This document shows positions 1 through 11,286 of a stretch of 64,000 nucleotides of DNA, piece after piece. The notes below the pieces were generated by a model. The model saw only the letters and a list, made by a program, of their open reading frames with translations, did not search any database and was not told where the DNA came from. Each line of letters begins with the position of its first letter. Position 1 is the stretch's first letter. The position numbers were made by a program, and so were the translations under genes. The stretch is from Lepidodermella squamata (lineage: Eukaryota; Animalia; Gastrotricha): positions 2,294,001-2,358,000 of the forward strand of contig JBLDXI010000017.1 of assembly GCA_047495785.1 (NCBI GenBank), in the 5' to 3' direction.

Positions 1-1034
1 GTGCTCTTTGTCTTATCACCAGCAGCAGATTTTATCAACGGAATCGACGCTAGTTTTTTCTTCTCAGCTTCAAGGGCCAATTGAATACTGGAGGCTGCCT
101 GGCCATGGCGATTTTGACCGATGTATATTCCGGCATGGGTCGCAGCCAGTCGAATCTCGAACCAGGTAATATGCGCCTCGCTTATTGTAGGTATTCCCTT
201 GATAATTTCGAGCAGCTTTTGCGCTCGTTTCGCAGCCTTTTCGGCTTCATCAAACTGACGCAATCCAACGAGTGATTTGCCTTCAATCAAATATAGCCGA
301 CATATAGTTATGCGTACGACTGTGTTAACTGCTTCGTTCGCTTGGACAGCCTCGCTTCCGGCTAGCGCTAACAGAATGCCCTTTGCCGTCTTACAATGAC
401 CAAGAGCTTGCTTGAAATATCCTTTCCAGTCAAGGTAAGCTTGAGCGAGGTTGACTAAAGCTTCGGCATGGTCAAAGCTGTGATCGCCGTAAGCTATTCT
501 AGTGAGCGGAATGCACTGAATTAGAACCTTCATTTTTTCGGCCATGTCGGCTGAAATTAGGCGCAAACGACGCTCTTCAACTTCCGAAACTTCTTTCACA
601 GCATCTTGCCTTTCCTTTTCCTCTTCAGCTTCAGTTTGAGCAAATAGCTCCGCAGTCGATGATTTTGCGGATCCTTCCGCGGCTGGCGTATCACTTGCCG
701 TTTTTACTGGAAGCTTCGGCTCCTCCAATTCAGCGACTAGATATTCCGCCCAAAATTGTTCTTGTTTAATTATCTCCATAAACGATTTCAGCAGCACCTC
801 AGCTGGTGAAGCGCACGGAACTGGGCACGGGTAAGAGTTTTTCAGCATTTTGTAGGTCGACGCCGTTTTCGAGCACGCATGCATCTTTTTGTCCTTTTTG
901 GAGTAATAAGGAACATGGTCGGGGTCGGGAGAAACAAACTCCAGTGGTTGAATTCGGACGCTCATCGGTTTATTAGCCTCGTGGTCGTCGTCATCGACGG
1001 CGATTATCGATCCTTTCCTCATCAAATTACTCAT
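1..1034 (-). CDS. TTC23: TTC23/TTC23L-like TPR protein (5' part; continues off the window start)
   Basis: Manual translation from ATG 1034 gives a long open frame containing LIQCIPLTRIAYGDHSFDHAEALVNLAQAYLDWKGYFKQALGHC, matching the TTC23 N-terminal motif. Absent from the ORF track, probably because its stop lies outside the window. Confidence 0.75.
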   Translation of the reverse strand, partial: MSNLMRKGSIIAVDDDDHEANKPMSVRIQPLEFVSPDPDHVPYYSKKDKKMHACSKTASTYKMLKNSYPCPVPCASPAEVLLKSFMEIIKQEQFWAEYLVAELEEPKLPVKTASDTPAAEGSAKSSTAELFAQTEAEEEKERQDAVKEVSEVEERRLRLISADMAEKMKVLIQCIPLTRIAYGDHSFDHAEALVNLAQAYLDWKGYFKQALGHCKTAKGILLALAGSEAVQANEAVNTVVRITICRLYLIEGKSLVGLRQFDEAEKAAKRAQKLLEIIKGIPTISEAHITWFEIRLAATHAGIYIGQNRHGQAASSIQLALEAEKKKLASIPLIKSAAGDKTKS

Positions 1035-1231
1035 TTTAAGAACGGCTCTATCTAAAAGAAATATTGTGAGATTTAATAAAGAGAAATTAAATGAATAATT
1101 TATTGAACAGTTGACTTCGAGCAGTGCCACAATTCCATTCAACTAATTGGTATAACAAAAGTTGAATAAGGAAACAACAAATGTTTTAAAATAGCATATA
1201 TGTATCACACGCCAATTATATGAATAGTTGT

Positions 1232-2856
1232 CTACCAGAAGTCAGAATCTGCGTTGCTGGAATCGGGCCTTTGTTCAGCGACTTTCGCTCCTGGGATGGC
1301 CTCATCCGTTTTCTGACGAGTGTATAATTTCTCTACCTTGCTGTTTCTTTCCGATGAACCTGGTTTTTCCACATCAGTATCCTTCTCGTCGCCAGCAGAG
1401 GCAGTCTCTCCGTCCATACTAATAGTTTGAAAGAATGACGATCCTCTTGTAATTTGATCTTTGTCAGTTGTGAAAGGTTTTGGCTTCGGCTTCGCAGGGC
1501 TAGCCTTTGCATCATCAACAGGCGAAGACGTTTTGCCGGTTTGTAAAAACTCAGTAACTTGATTAGCTTTTTGAACCATCTTCTCATCGAGAGCGCGGCC
1601 TGATGATTTTATCTTCTGAATGTTCTCGTGACATTTGTTCATTAGCGCTACAGCTTTGTCCATGTTGTTACAGTTGATGTAAAATATGGCCGCATTCAGT
1701 ATGATCGTCGGATCCCCGGCTTTGTCCATTTCAAGAGCTTGCTCATAAGCGAGTTTCGCATGATTGATATCATCCAACCGAGCAAGGGCCACAGCAAGAA
1801 ACATGAACAATTTAGCCCTTGGCTTGTGAGCGATAGCAGCAGAGATGTAATGAAAAGCTGAGGCATTGAGGCCGACCGACAAATGAATAAGACCGAGGTT
1901 AAACAGAATTTTCCAATCCATTGGAGAGAGATAAGCAGCTCGCTTAAGACAACTTATAGCTGTAAGATGTTTGCCTTTTTCGAAGTAGCACATCCCAACA
2001 TTGTTCCACAGTGCTGCGCTATCTGGGGTTTCAGCTGCAGCCTGCCTATATCGAGTCATAGCACCATCATAGTCACCTGAAAATTATAACGCCCATGAAA
2101 AGAGATGGTTATGCAGAAAAGATAATCATAAGTTTATAACGCTGAAAATATAAACATACCCAGCGAGTGTCGAATGCTTCCACTTGCCAAAACAGCACCG
2201 TTATTGCCAGGGTTAATGCTGGCGGCCTTATCTAGGCATTCGCCAGCTTTTTTGAAGTCATCTTGTTGAAGATACAACAAGCCAAGATTGGAAAATAGTT
2301 GTGAACTATCAGGAAAAAGTTCAATGCCCCTCTTGTAGACCTCGAGGGCAGCGTCCAGCTTACCGCTGCTAATGTGAACTTTCGCCAGCATCAGAAATGT
2401 CTCTTCTTGAGGCTTGAGCTCCAGCGCCTGGAGGAAAAAATCGGCTGCTTTCGGATATTGCTGTAAAAATGTACATGCTACTCCTTGGTCATGATAAAGC
2501 TGCCAGTCTTTTTCCTCAAATTTAGCAATAATTTCGGAGAACAGTTCAAGAGCAGCTTTGAATCTTCCAAGCAACAATAAAGATTTGGCAAGTTGTTTCA
2601 AATATGTTATGTTCGTCGGATGCAATATTGTACATTTTTGGAATAGATCCAACGAATCTTGGATGCGACCTTGTTGCCTGTATATTAATCCTTGCATGTA
2701 TATCGCAAACTCGCAACTGTTGTTACTGGATGAAAGCTGTTCGCGAATGAGATCCAAACATTTATCGTATTCCTTTCGTAGATATAGAAGATGTATCAAC
2801 CAATTTTTCCCATCAATCGATGGCAGTTCGTAGCGACTGCGGGGTTTTGCGCTCAT
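1232..2856 (-). CDS. BBS4: Bardet-Biedl syndrome 4 protein (TPR), 2 exons
   Basis: ORFs 2134-2856 (NWLIHLLYLRKEYDKC...QQGRIQDSLDLFQ) and 1232-2059 (LWNNVGMCY...AISCLKRAAYLSPMDWKILFNLGL) are joined by a short GT-AG intron near 2078-2159. Confidence 0.92.
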
Positions 2857-4114
2857 CGTCGATCAAATAATTCTAAATATAGATACATAGTAATCCATCT
2901 GAAAAGTAATATGCTTGACCAAAAATGTTCAGCCATACCGGCGAAGGAAGGAAAAGATTGGAGCAAATTATAGAATTATTTGTTCAAGCCCATATTATAA
3001 AAAAGGCCACGTCCCTTCCGGCCAGGGACGCTCTCGGGACTGGAGGAAACAAGGTTCAATAATCTATTCAGCTCAAGCCCGTAATAATAGCTAGTTTAAT
3101 GTGATTTTCCTCCAGACATTATGGTAACAAGAACATATCTTTAAAGCAAAAGAAAAAGCGGACTCATACAGCTTCCCAAAATTGCTGCGCTAGAGAAGGA
3201 ATCTTAGATAGTAGTCTCTGTTACTGAGGTTAGTTTGCGACTGCAGGCACCGGTTCCCGCAGCGGCTATATCTGATTATATTGCTAATGGTCGTGGTCAA
3301 AATTCGTCTAAGGTAGGGTACTGACTAAGGCGAGGCCGCAAACGACTCAAAGTCATGACCATAAGATTAGCGTAGAGGCTAAGTCCGACCAGCAACCAGA
3401 AAAACTTTACTGACTGAGCAGCCCTTCTCCTGAACGCTTATAACTGACTCTGACTGACGGTAACTATTAAGGTATTTGAGCTTCTGAGCATACCAAGCAC
3501 ATACGGGTGGAGTTACTCGACTTCTACGCCCTTAAGTTGTGGCTGCAGGCGTATCCGGGTCAGAAGCTCGATGCCAGCCGATCGACTTTTCAGGGCAAAC
3601 CCAAATGTTGCCAACAACGCTAATATGTGGCAACTTTAAACTTCCTACAGAAAATATAATAACATATTATCCATTTAAAAATTAATTTAAACAAGATCTG
3701 CATGTCAAAAGCAAACTAATATGGCGCGTATTTTTTTAAAAGGATTCTGATTTTCGCTTGTGTATGTGCAAAAGGCACTAGTTCGATCCGCCTTCCGGTG
3801 CGTTTTTTATGCGAAATAAGCGCAAACCGTATCCGTTACACTCTCATAAATATATGCTGTACGGACCCTATAAGCGTTGGAGTCTTAAAATTTGTATTTT
3901 TCTCACCAATTCCAAGACGAAGGTCTCTTTTATTTGGATTTTTCATTGCCAAAAGGGAGTGTGAGGAGCTTTGCTTTATGCAGGCGTTACATGCAAATCC
4001 AATGGCTGCTGATACACTGTTGTGCATTGAATCTAGCGCATAATCTCTAAACCTATGTTCAAATTTTTCCGTTTTTTTTATTTAGGCTGCAGTTATTCCA
4101 TAGAATCCAACGAA

Positions 4115-4444
4115 ATGCCGCAGTGGGGAGGAGCGACTGAAAAATGCAAGGCCTGCAACAAGACCGTTTACGAAATGGAGAAGTTGCAGATGGAAAAGGA
4201 TGTCTATCATAAAACCTGTTTTAAATGCATGAAATGCAGCAAAGTACTTCGTGCTGGTGATTACACAGCTATCCATGGCCAAATTTTCTGCAAGCCTCAT
4301 TACAAGCAACTGTTCAATGTCAAGGGTAATTACGAGGATGGTTTCAACGAAGCTCTCGCTGATGCTCAAAAAGCCCAACTACAGCAAGACAAAAAGGCAG
4401 CCGACAAGAAAGCTGCTGTCGAAGCCGAGGCTTCTGCTGAGTAA
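4115..4444 (+). CDS. Small single-LIM-domain protein (LIMD2/EPLIN-type LIM)
   Basis: CKAC-x17-HKTCFKC-x2-C...FCKPHYKQLFNVKGNYEDGF. Likely start MPQWGG at 4115, downstream of a tttag acceptor. Confidence 0.85.
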   Translation: MPQWGGATEKCKACNKTVYEMEKLQMEKDVYHKTCFKCMKCSKVLRAGDYTAIHGQIFCKPHYKQLFNVKGNYEDGFNEALADAQKAQLQQDKKAADKKAAVEAEASAE

Positions 4445-5242
4445 CTGCGTTATTCCTATTTTATTCAGAAATATTCGGTGCCGAATCCAATCGCTTAACT
4501 GAGTTCGTAACTATCAGTTAAGCAACGCTGCTTCTGCATTACACTTTTACTTGTAGATAGCTTCCCGCAGGCGCGTTGTTATGTTTTATTCATTGATTCT
4601 TCTATAGCGCCCTGTTGTCTAAGCCATGCGTGATATTCGAGTCCGTCTTCCTATTGATATCCAAATCTCTAAACAACGAATTCTAACCGCAATCGAAAAA
4701 ACAGGAACGACAAACGATGTGCATGACTTGACTCATGGCTTCAATAGCTTTGACGTGCAATAGTTTTGGGACGCATTTTGTTGTTTTATTTGTTTCACAG
4801 ATTCGTTTTCCGCCATGACTACATTAATTTATTATAATTCGATTCGGTATATTGCCACTACGTTCTAGAGGTATCCTGAATTTGAGAAATGTTAATTTAT
4901 CTTCTACACATGAATTTCTACAATCACACGCGTACGCTGCATATACAGTCTTCGACTTTGAATACCGTGTTTCTTTTCTTGATACTTATTATTAGTGTAT
5001 AAATATGCTTGTTTCCTGTTAACCGTTGACCAAGTCCGCAGAGTTTGCATACTCGTTCAATTTTACTTGCTCGTTTTTGTCTTGCATGCTCTGTGTTTTG
5101 TGGTGAGATATTTTTGTCTCTGTAATATTACGCTATTAGCTTTCTATCAGTTCGATGCAAGAATCCCTGCTGGAATTGCGTTTCAGTAAAATTTTAATTT
5201 GAAACATGCCTTTTATTTTTTCATATTAGGTTTTTTATTGAA

Positions 5243-8200
5243 ATGCACGAAGCTTACGCCTTGGAAAGTGTACTCTCGCTGGATAAATCGTCGCCTCATG
5301 ACGAGTTTTTATCAGCAACTGCTTACGGTATTGTAATTTCGGTGTCATGAATTTCGTCAATGTAATGCTATTATTTTCCCCGTCAACAGAAGATAGACTC
5401 TTGGTTGGCACTCAAGCAGGTGTTTTGCATATATTTTCGGTTGAAAAGAGCCCTAATGGTAAGTTGATTGCTGTGCTGTTAATTTTGCATAATGTCTGGC
5501 ACTCGCTATTAGGCATTTTCAAGGTGGTCGCAGCCCGGCAACCTGTTAAACAATTCGCACGGAAAGCTATAATAAAGGTATGTTACTTATGCATTCGAAT
5601 GATCAGATAAACTTAGTGTAACCCCAACAGCTGAAGGCTTTCGATGAAATTGGTCTTTTGCTATGTCTTTGTGGTAAATTTATGCGCGGAAACTAAGTTT
5701 GGTACACCATGTATGTTTCTAGATGGATATATCGGATTACATGACCTGAACACGTTGGTTCAAATAACTTCAATCGAGAAATCAAAGGGGGCCACAGATT
5801 TTTCAGCCAAAGTTTCCGTAAGCCGTTCATAAGCCGCTCGCATTTTATCCTATTTTGGGCATTTTTATGTTTAGAGAGGGCCTGAGGGCAGGCTGGAGCT
5901 GCATATTTGCGCTGCCGTTAAGAAACGCGTGATGGTTTGTTTATATTAGCGCGTTGTAAATAATTACCGGGCTGCTTTTTGTTTAATAGCTGTTGGCAGT
6001 TCGCGATAAAAAAGTGATCGATTTATTTCCGACCCGCGAACTGACGTTCCCGGAAGTTATCAAGAAGATCGAATGGGTTGGTGAAAAAGCTGTTGTTGCG
6101 GCCACGAAAGTTGAGTACCATTTATTTACCGACGTAAGTTGAGCGCACCTACTTGAGCTAGACAACGAAAACATAGAACATGGAATTTAACAGATCTTCG
6201 CCTCGGATAAAACAGTCGGGTTGATTGCGACTAGTAACCACACTGAGCCGTTTATCATGCCACTGCCGTTTGGTGGACAGCAGATATTTGCGATTTGCCA
6301 AGACAGCAATATGCCCTTGTTTGATTTGACGGGAAATTACGTTAAAAATGGGCGAGTTGTTGTGAGTATCAAATGGTCTGAAGCGGTATTAGCCGTCGGT
6401 AAGAATGAACTGAAATTATTTTTTGAGCAGTTACTATGGTGAATTTTTTTCAAGAGTACCGAGAGCCATACGTCATAGGGCTGTTATCTAATAAGGTGGA
6501 AATTCGCTCAATCGACCCCCAGGCTATTGTTCAAACTCACGACGTTCATCAGCGCCCACTCTGTATTACCGTCCCTCAGCTAGGGAGATTGAAAACAAAA
6601 CCGTCTATTTGGAATGATGCAGCTGAATCCCCTGCATTTTTCGTGACAAGCGCACAGTCGTATGTGTTGAAACCGATTCCGATTTTGAAACAAATCGACT
6701 TATTGCTCAAAAACGGCGATTTCAATCTGGCGAACCGCCTAGGGGACAAAGTTGTCGGAAATGAAGGAGATACCGTCAGAATCAAAATTAAATCAGACTG
6801 CGCGTTGGCTCTACACTCGAAACTCGAATTTACCAAAAGTTTGGCGCTGTTCGAGGAGTGCAATACAGGTATGATTTGGACTATTTATTGAGTTCATACT
6901 CATGTGCCCTTTAAGATTTGGTCAGCGTTATTTGCCTATATCCTGGAATCCTTCCTGACGAATCAAGGTCTCAAGCCGCGCCTGTTGATATGAAGGTTTC
7001 GATTCCGCAAGGAGAGCGCCACAGAGCATACTCGGAATTGGCAGATCATTTAGTCATTGTAAAATTTATTTTCTGGTTCTGACTGCTATTGTAATTTTCA
7101 ATATTTTTCAGCGTCGATCTAATATATCGGCCAGTACATTGGATGCCGTGGAAATGTACACGTTCGCTGGTCTTAAACGGACTATAACAAAGGCTGAAGC
7201 ATTAATGATGATCGATACAGCTACCATCAAATGCTACATTGATGTGAGATTCCGCACATTTTAAGGTTGATTTTTGTAAATAATTTTTTTCATTTTAGAC
7301 GAATAATATGGCTGCAGTTGGAGCGATGCTTCGCCAACCGGATTGTGCGTGTCACCTTCAAATTACTGAAAGATTACTGAGAGAGCGACAAATGTATCCA
7401 GAATTGATTCAATTATATCGCAGTTTCAAACAACACCGCCGAGCCCTCGAAATGCTGGAACGTCATGCGAAAATGGCCGACTCTGTGCTTCGAGGTCACG
7501 AGCGAACGGTTGCTTATTTACAGGCCCTAGGCGAAAACGATATGGCTGTGCTTTTTGAATTCGCGGAATGGGTCGTCAAATTGCACCCTGAAGATGGCTT
7601 GAAAATTTTCACTGGGCCTGGCTCGACCATCGCGTCTCGAGAAGGTGGCTACCTGCCGGTCGAAGCCGTCATAAATTATTTGGAGCGTAAAAATCCCGAT
7701 TTGCTGATACCTTACATCGAATTTTTCGCCCTTAAACCTCAGAGAATCGTATCAACTACCTCTGAGTCTGATAATTTGGTTGAATTCGATTTGAAAAGTT
7801 TGCACAGTCGATTGGCTGTGCTATATTTGGAACGCTATAAACGTCTACTCACCTCGGAGGAGGCGAAAGCCAGTCAAGCGAATCAACATTCTTTTATGTC
7901 TTCGAATTTTCAAATCGGCTCTCCTGGCTCAGTATCGCTTTTGGGAGGGCCCTTGCCGCCTCCTGGTACGTTCCTTTCGGGCGGATCATCCTCTTCATCT
8001 TCTCAAATGACAGCCGAAAGTGCTTACAAGAAGTTGATGGATTTTCTTGCTTCTTCGAATTATTACGAGCCCGATCGATTGATGAGCTTTTTCCCGGAAA
8101 ATAGTGAGCCTAAAGCTATGTTGTTGGGCCAAAGTGGCAATCACGAGAAGGCGTTATCGATTTTAGTCACCTCTTTGCGAAAATTGGAACAGGCCGAGCG

Positions 8201-8778
8201 GCACTGTGATCGCTTTTATCAGCAGACTGGACCTGCTGCTAAGATTTATCACATATTTGTGCGATTATTGCTCTCATTTAAACCGGACGAATCAAATGGC
8301 GCGATAACACCGTCGGACAGCGTTTTCCAAACCGAATGCGTCGACCGGGCTGTTTCCGTGTTGGAAAAACACGCCGGTAAAATGGATCATGCCGAAATTC
8401 TAAAATGCTTGCCCGGTTGGGTGCCACTGCGAAAGTTGAAGACGTACCTGCTGAATGCTATGCGGCTGAGCAGCATGCGCCTGCGCCAGTCACAACTGCA
8501 CCGCGCGCTTAACGAAGCCCAATTATTGATTGTGAAGCACGATATGGTTAAGCAACACAGCGTGCATTTCACCGTGGACGATGAAAGCGCCTGTGCCGTG
8601 TGCAACATGAAAATCGGCCTCGGGTATGTTGTTTTTCACGGCCATACTTATCATTATCGTTATTATTTGTACAAATTGTTTTCGCAGAACATTTGTTCGA
8701 AATCCTAGCGGAGCTCTGGCGCACTATTTATGCTTTAACGAGCAAAATCAGAAGCAGCAACAGTTGCTTCGAAAATAA
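5243..8778 (+). CDS. VPS39: Vam6/Vps39 HOPS subunit, multi-exon
   Basis: Starts MHEAY...LLVGTQAG (CNH domain); later RALEML..GHERTVAYLQALG..FEFAEWV..PEDGLKIFT; C-terminal CAVCNMKIG...FVRNPSGALAHYLC. Many short GT-AG introns. Confidence 0.9.
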
Positions 8779-9664
8779 TAATCACTCGTGCGATTCTGCT
8801 TAGTAAAAATATGGTGCAATTATTACTTCAATTCCATGTATTAACGCTTGCTTTCAGATCAAAGAATAACAGTGATAATAATAATTTATAAATGTATTAA
8901 TGTTTTATGCCGCTGCAATCAGACTCGCTACATTATTTGGCACTCTGGTGAGAAATAAAGATTGAAAATTGCCTTCTTTATCCTGCCATTTTTTGTCTTT
9001 TTTTCCTCTCCTCATTTGCCGCGAAAATTGCTCGAGCCGTAACCTGAATACCGATGCTATACAGTTACACGTTTAACAGATGCTGAATACTTTCCGGTGC
9101 TATGTTATGGTATAGGCGAAATATGATGTGTTTGGGCAAATAAACCTTTGTTTTATAATATGCGCCCAGTGCATTGCGAGGCTCTCACACAAAGCCGCTG
9201 GCTCGGCGATTGAACGCAGGGCCGGCTACGCATCTAACATTATTAGCCGTCACTTTAATACCTCGGACGAGCCCACGTGTAATTGCGCTCGTATTTCCGC
9301 ATCTATTTATACCTTTGTATTTCTTTGTATCTCTATGGTACTCCAGACTCTTCACATGAGGCCAATGTTTCTTTGTTCCGAGGGTAATGAAAAACAACGC
9401 TTGCTAGGAAATGTGTTTATTTCATACCAGGCGATAGCTATTTCAACAAGGGAAGTTGAGTAGGTAAAGTAAAAGTATTGCAAGTACTTTGATTAAATTG
9501 GCAGCGCACCCAAAAAGTGCGCAACCTTTCCTGAGCCTAGGTACTTATGTAAATGGCCTCGCTTTACAGATTCACAACATGAAATTGTGCCTAACTAATT
9601 CAAGTCATTTTTCGCCAACCGCTGCAGCGCTCTTCCAACAGGATTCTGAAACTGCACGTTAGGG

Positions 9665-9720
9665 CAACGTCGTCGAAACCTTTGGTTCCAAATGTTTCCC
9701 AAAGATTTGTCATTAACAGC
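9665..9720 (-). promoter_or_regulatory. SECIS element in the 3' UTR of SelW copy 1
   Basis: Minus strand ATGAC-AAATCTTTGG-GAAACATTTGGAA-CCAAAGGTTT-CGAC: AUGA/GA core, 10-bp helix (one G-U) and apical AAA. Confidence 0.85.
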
Positions 9721-9770
9721 TGAATCCCATTGTCCGCTCGCCGCAACAATCAGCGAATTGCACAGCCTCT

Positions 9771-10198
9771 TTACTTCAGGGCGGCTTCGATGGCTTTGAC
9801 TACGCTTTCGAGCTTGGACTTGTCATCGACGAAGCCTTGGCCACCCTAAATAAATGAAATCAATAATTGCCCAATTCGGTGGAAATATTTAGAAACCTTA
9901 CCAGTTTCGAGTGTACCAAGTTGTCGTTGACGGTGACTTCGAACTTGCCCGTTCTCGTTGGCGTACCTTCGCCGGAAATGTCGACATCCGCCCCGAAGAT
10001 GTCTTGGATTTCCGTCTCAAACTTGCGGTACTTTAATAAAATGGAAAAATAGACCATATGGGTAACCTGGATAACTCAAGCTTACTTTGCTACCGTAACC
10101 TCAGGCTCCGCTAAAAGCAACAGATCATATGAAATTATGTCAATTGAAGGAAGCTTGAAATCGCCTTACCAGTAAACGACGTGAACCTTGACCGGCAT
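9771..10198 (-). CDS. SELENOW: Selenoprotein W (Rdx family, CxxU), 4 exons, 85 aa
   Basis: Exons 10198-10170, 10110-10086, 10030-9902, 9845-9771 give MPVKVHVVYCGAUGYGSKYRKFETEIQDIFGADVDISGEGTPTRTGKFEVTVNDNLVHSKLGGQGFVDDKSKLESVVKAIEAALK. In-frame TGA at 10103-10101; SECIS downstream. Confidence 0.93.
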
Positions 10199-11080
10199 CG
10201 TGGAAGCTACGCGAGCGCAGTAGCGTACGGCTGTTACAAATATGTTGCTAATTTTCTATTAGAATATAGCAAAATATAGAGCGAGTCAAGCTGCCTAATC
10301 AATTGCCCCACTGCAGAAGTCGGATACGTCAAAATATTCACTCCACGGCAGGGCTCTAGCCACCTCATAATAAACTTGATAAACTTATGCACTCCCCAGT
10401 CAACATTCCAAGCGCGAAATATGTTCGCTATAGTGAGTAAAATGTGAATGATAGAAAGGTTTCTTTATGGGGTTTGGGACTTGGCATTCTAAAAATACTC
10501 AAAATAATGCCAGTCTTCAGGTCGCCAGACGCAAATAAAACAAATAAGTATTAGAGCAAAAACTGCTTGGCCATTATTATTTCGTATTTATCAAGCGCTC
10601 ACAACTTGCAGCTTACTTTTGACGGTTTTTTCTGCCATTGTGCATAAGAGAATGACACAGAACCAACTTATGTGATAAGCAGTATGGATAATAATTTGGC
10701 GCATTATCAAAACGAGGATATCAATGGGAACAAAGCAAGCCTTTTACGACGCAGTCACGCCCTCTACGACAGGACCATTCATTTTCAGCGAAGCTCTTCT
10801 TAACGCCGTTAACGCTCAAGGCTCAAGTAGTTAATAATTCGAGGAGGGGAACTTCGATGAAACCATCTTACGAAGATTTTGGTATGGTATCTACCTCGAA
10901 ATTCGGACGTCGCGCACGGTTAGAAACTGGCTGATTGAAAATAAAAATATTTTGCACGAGCTTCAAATAGTTTTAGGTCCAAGCTTAAGACCGTTTTTGA
11001 ACTTGATGAAGCATCATCTCGCCCAACCGCAAAATTCTATCAAAAATGTAACCATTTTTAGGGTAAACCAAATGAGAACA

Positions 11081-11286
11081 CGCCTCATCCAATTTCGTTG
11101 GTAGAAGTGCGCTCTTAGAGGGCTCCCGCCCGGATGGCTCGGAGGGCACCCCGCCCCCAACCTAACCCTAACCCTAACCCTAACCCTAAAACCAACCCTA
11201 AACCTTCATCTTGACCGTCTGAGAGCGATCCCTCCGAGAGCGATGCCCTCTGAGAGCGCACTTCTAGCAACGAAACTGGAAAGGCG
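11081..11286. mobile_element. MITE-like non-autonomous element with about 28-bp terminal inverted repeats and a (CCCTAA)n core, copy 1
   Basis: TCCAATTTCGTTGGTAGAAGTGCGCTCT (11088-11115) versus AGAGCGCACTTCTAGCAACGAAACTGGA (11253-11280); CCTAAC repeats near 11158-11204; second copy at about 20187-20392. Confidence 0.8.

Noticed and set aside
3305-3350. Resemblance to the SRP RNA S-domain (CTAAGG.AGGGT...AGGCCGCAAACG)
   Set aside because: Lacks the GNRA loop and AGCAG of helix 8, and no Alu domain or helix 6 is present.
11158-11204. True telomere or chromosome-fusion scar
   Set aside because: Short, flanked by inverted repeats and duplicated elsewhere; better explained as the core of a mobile element.
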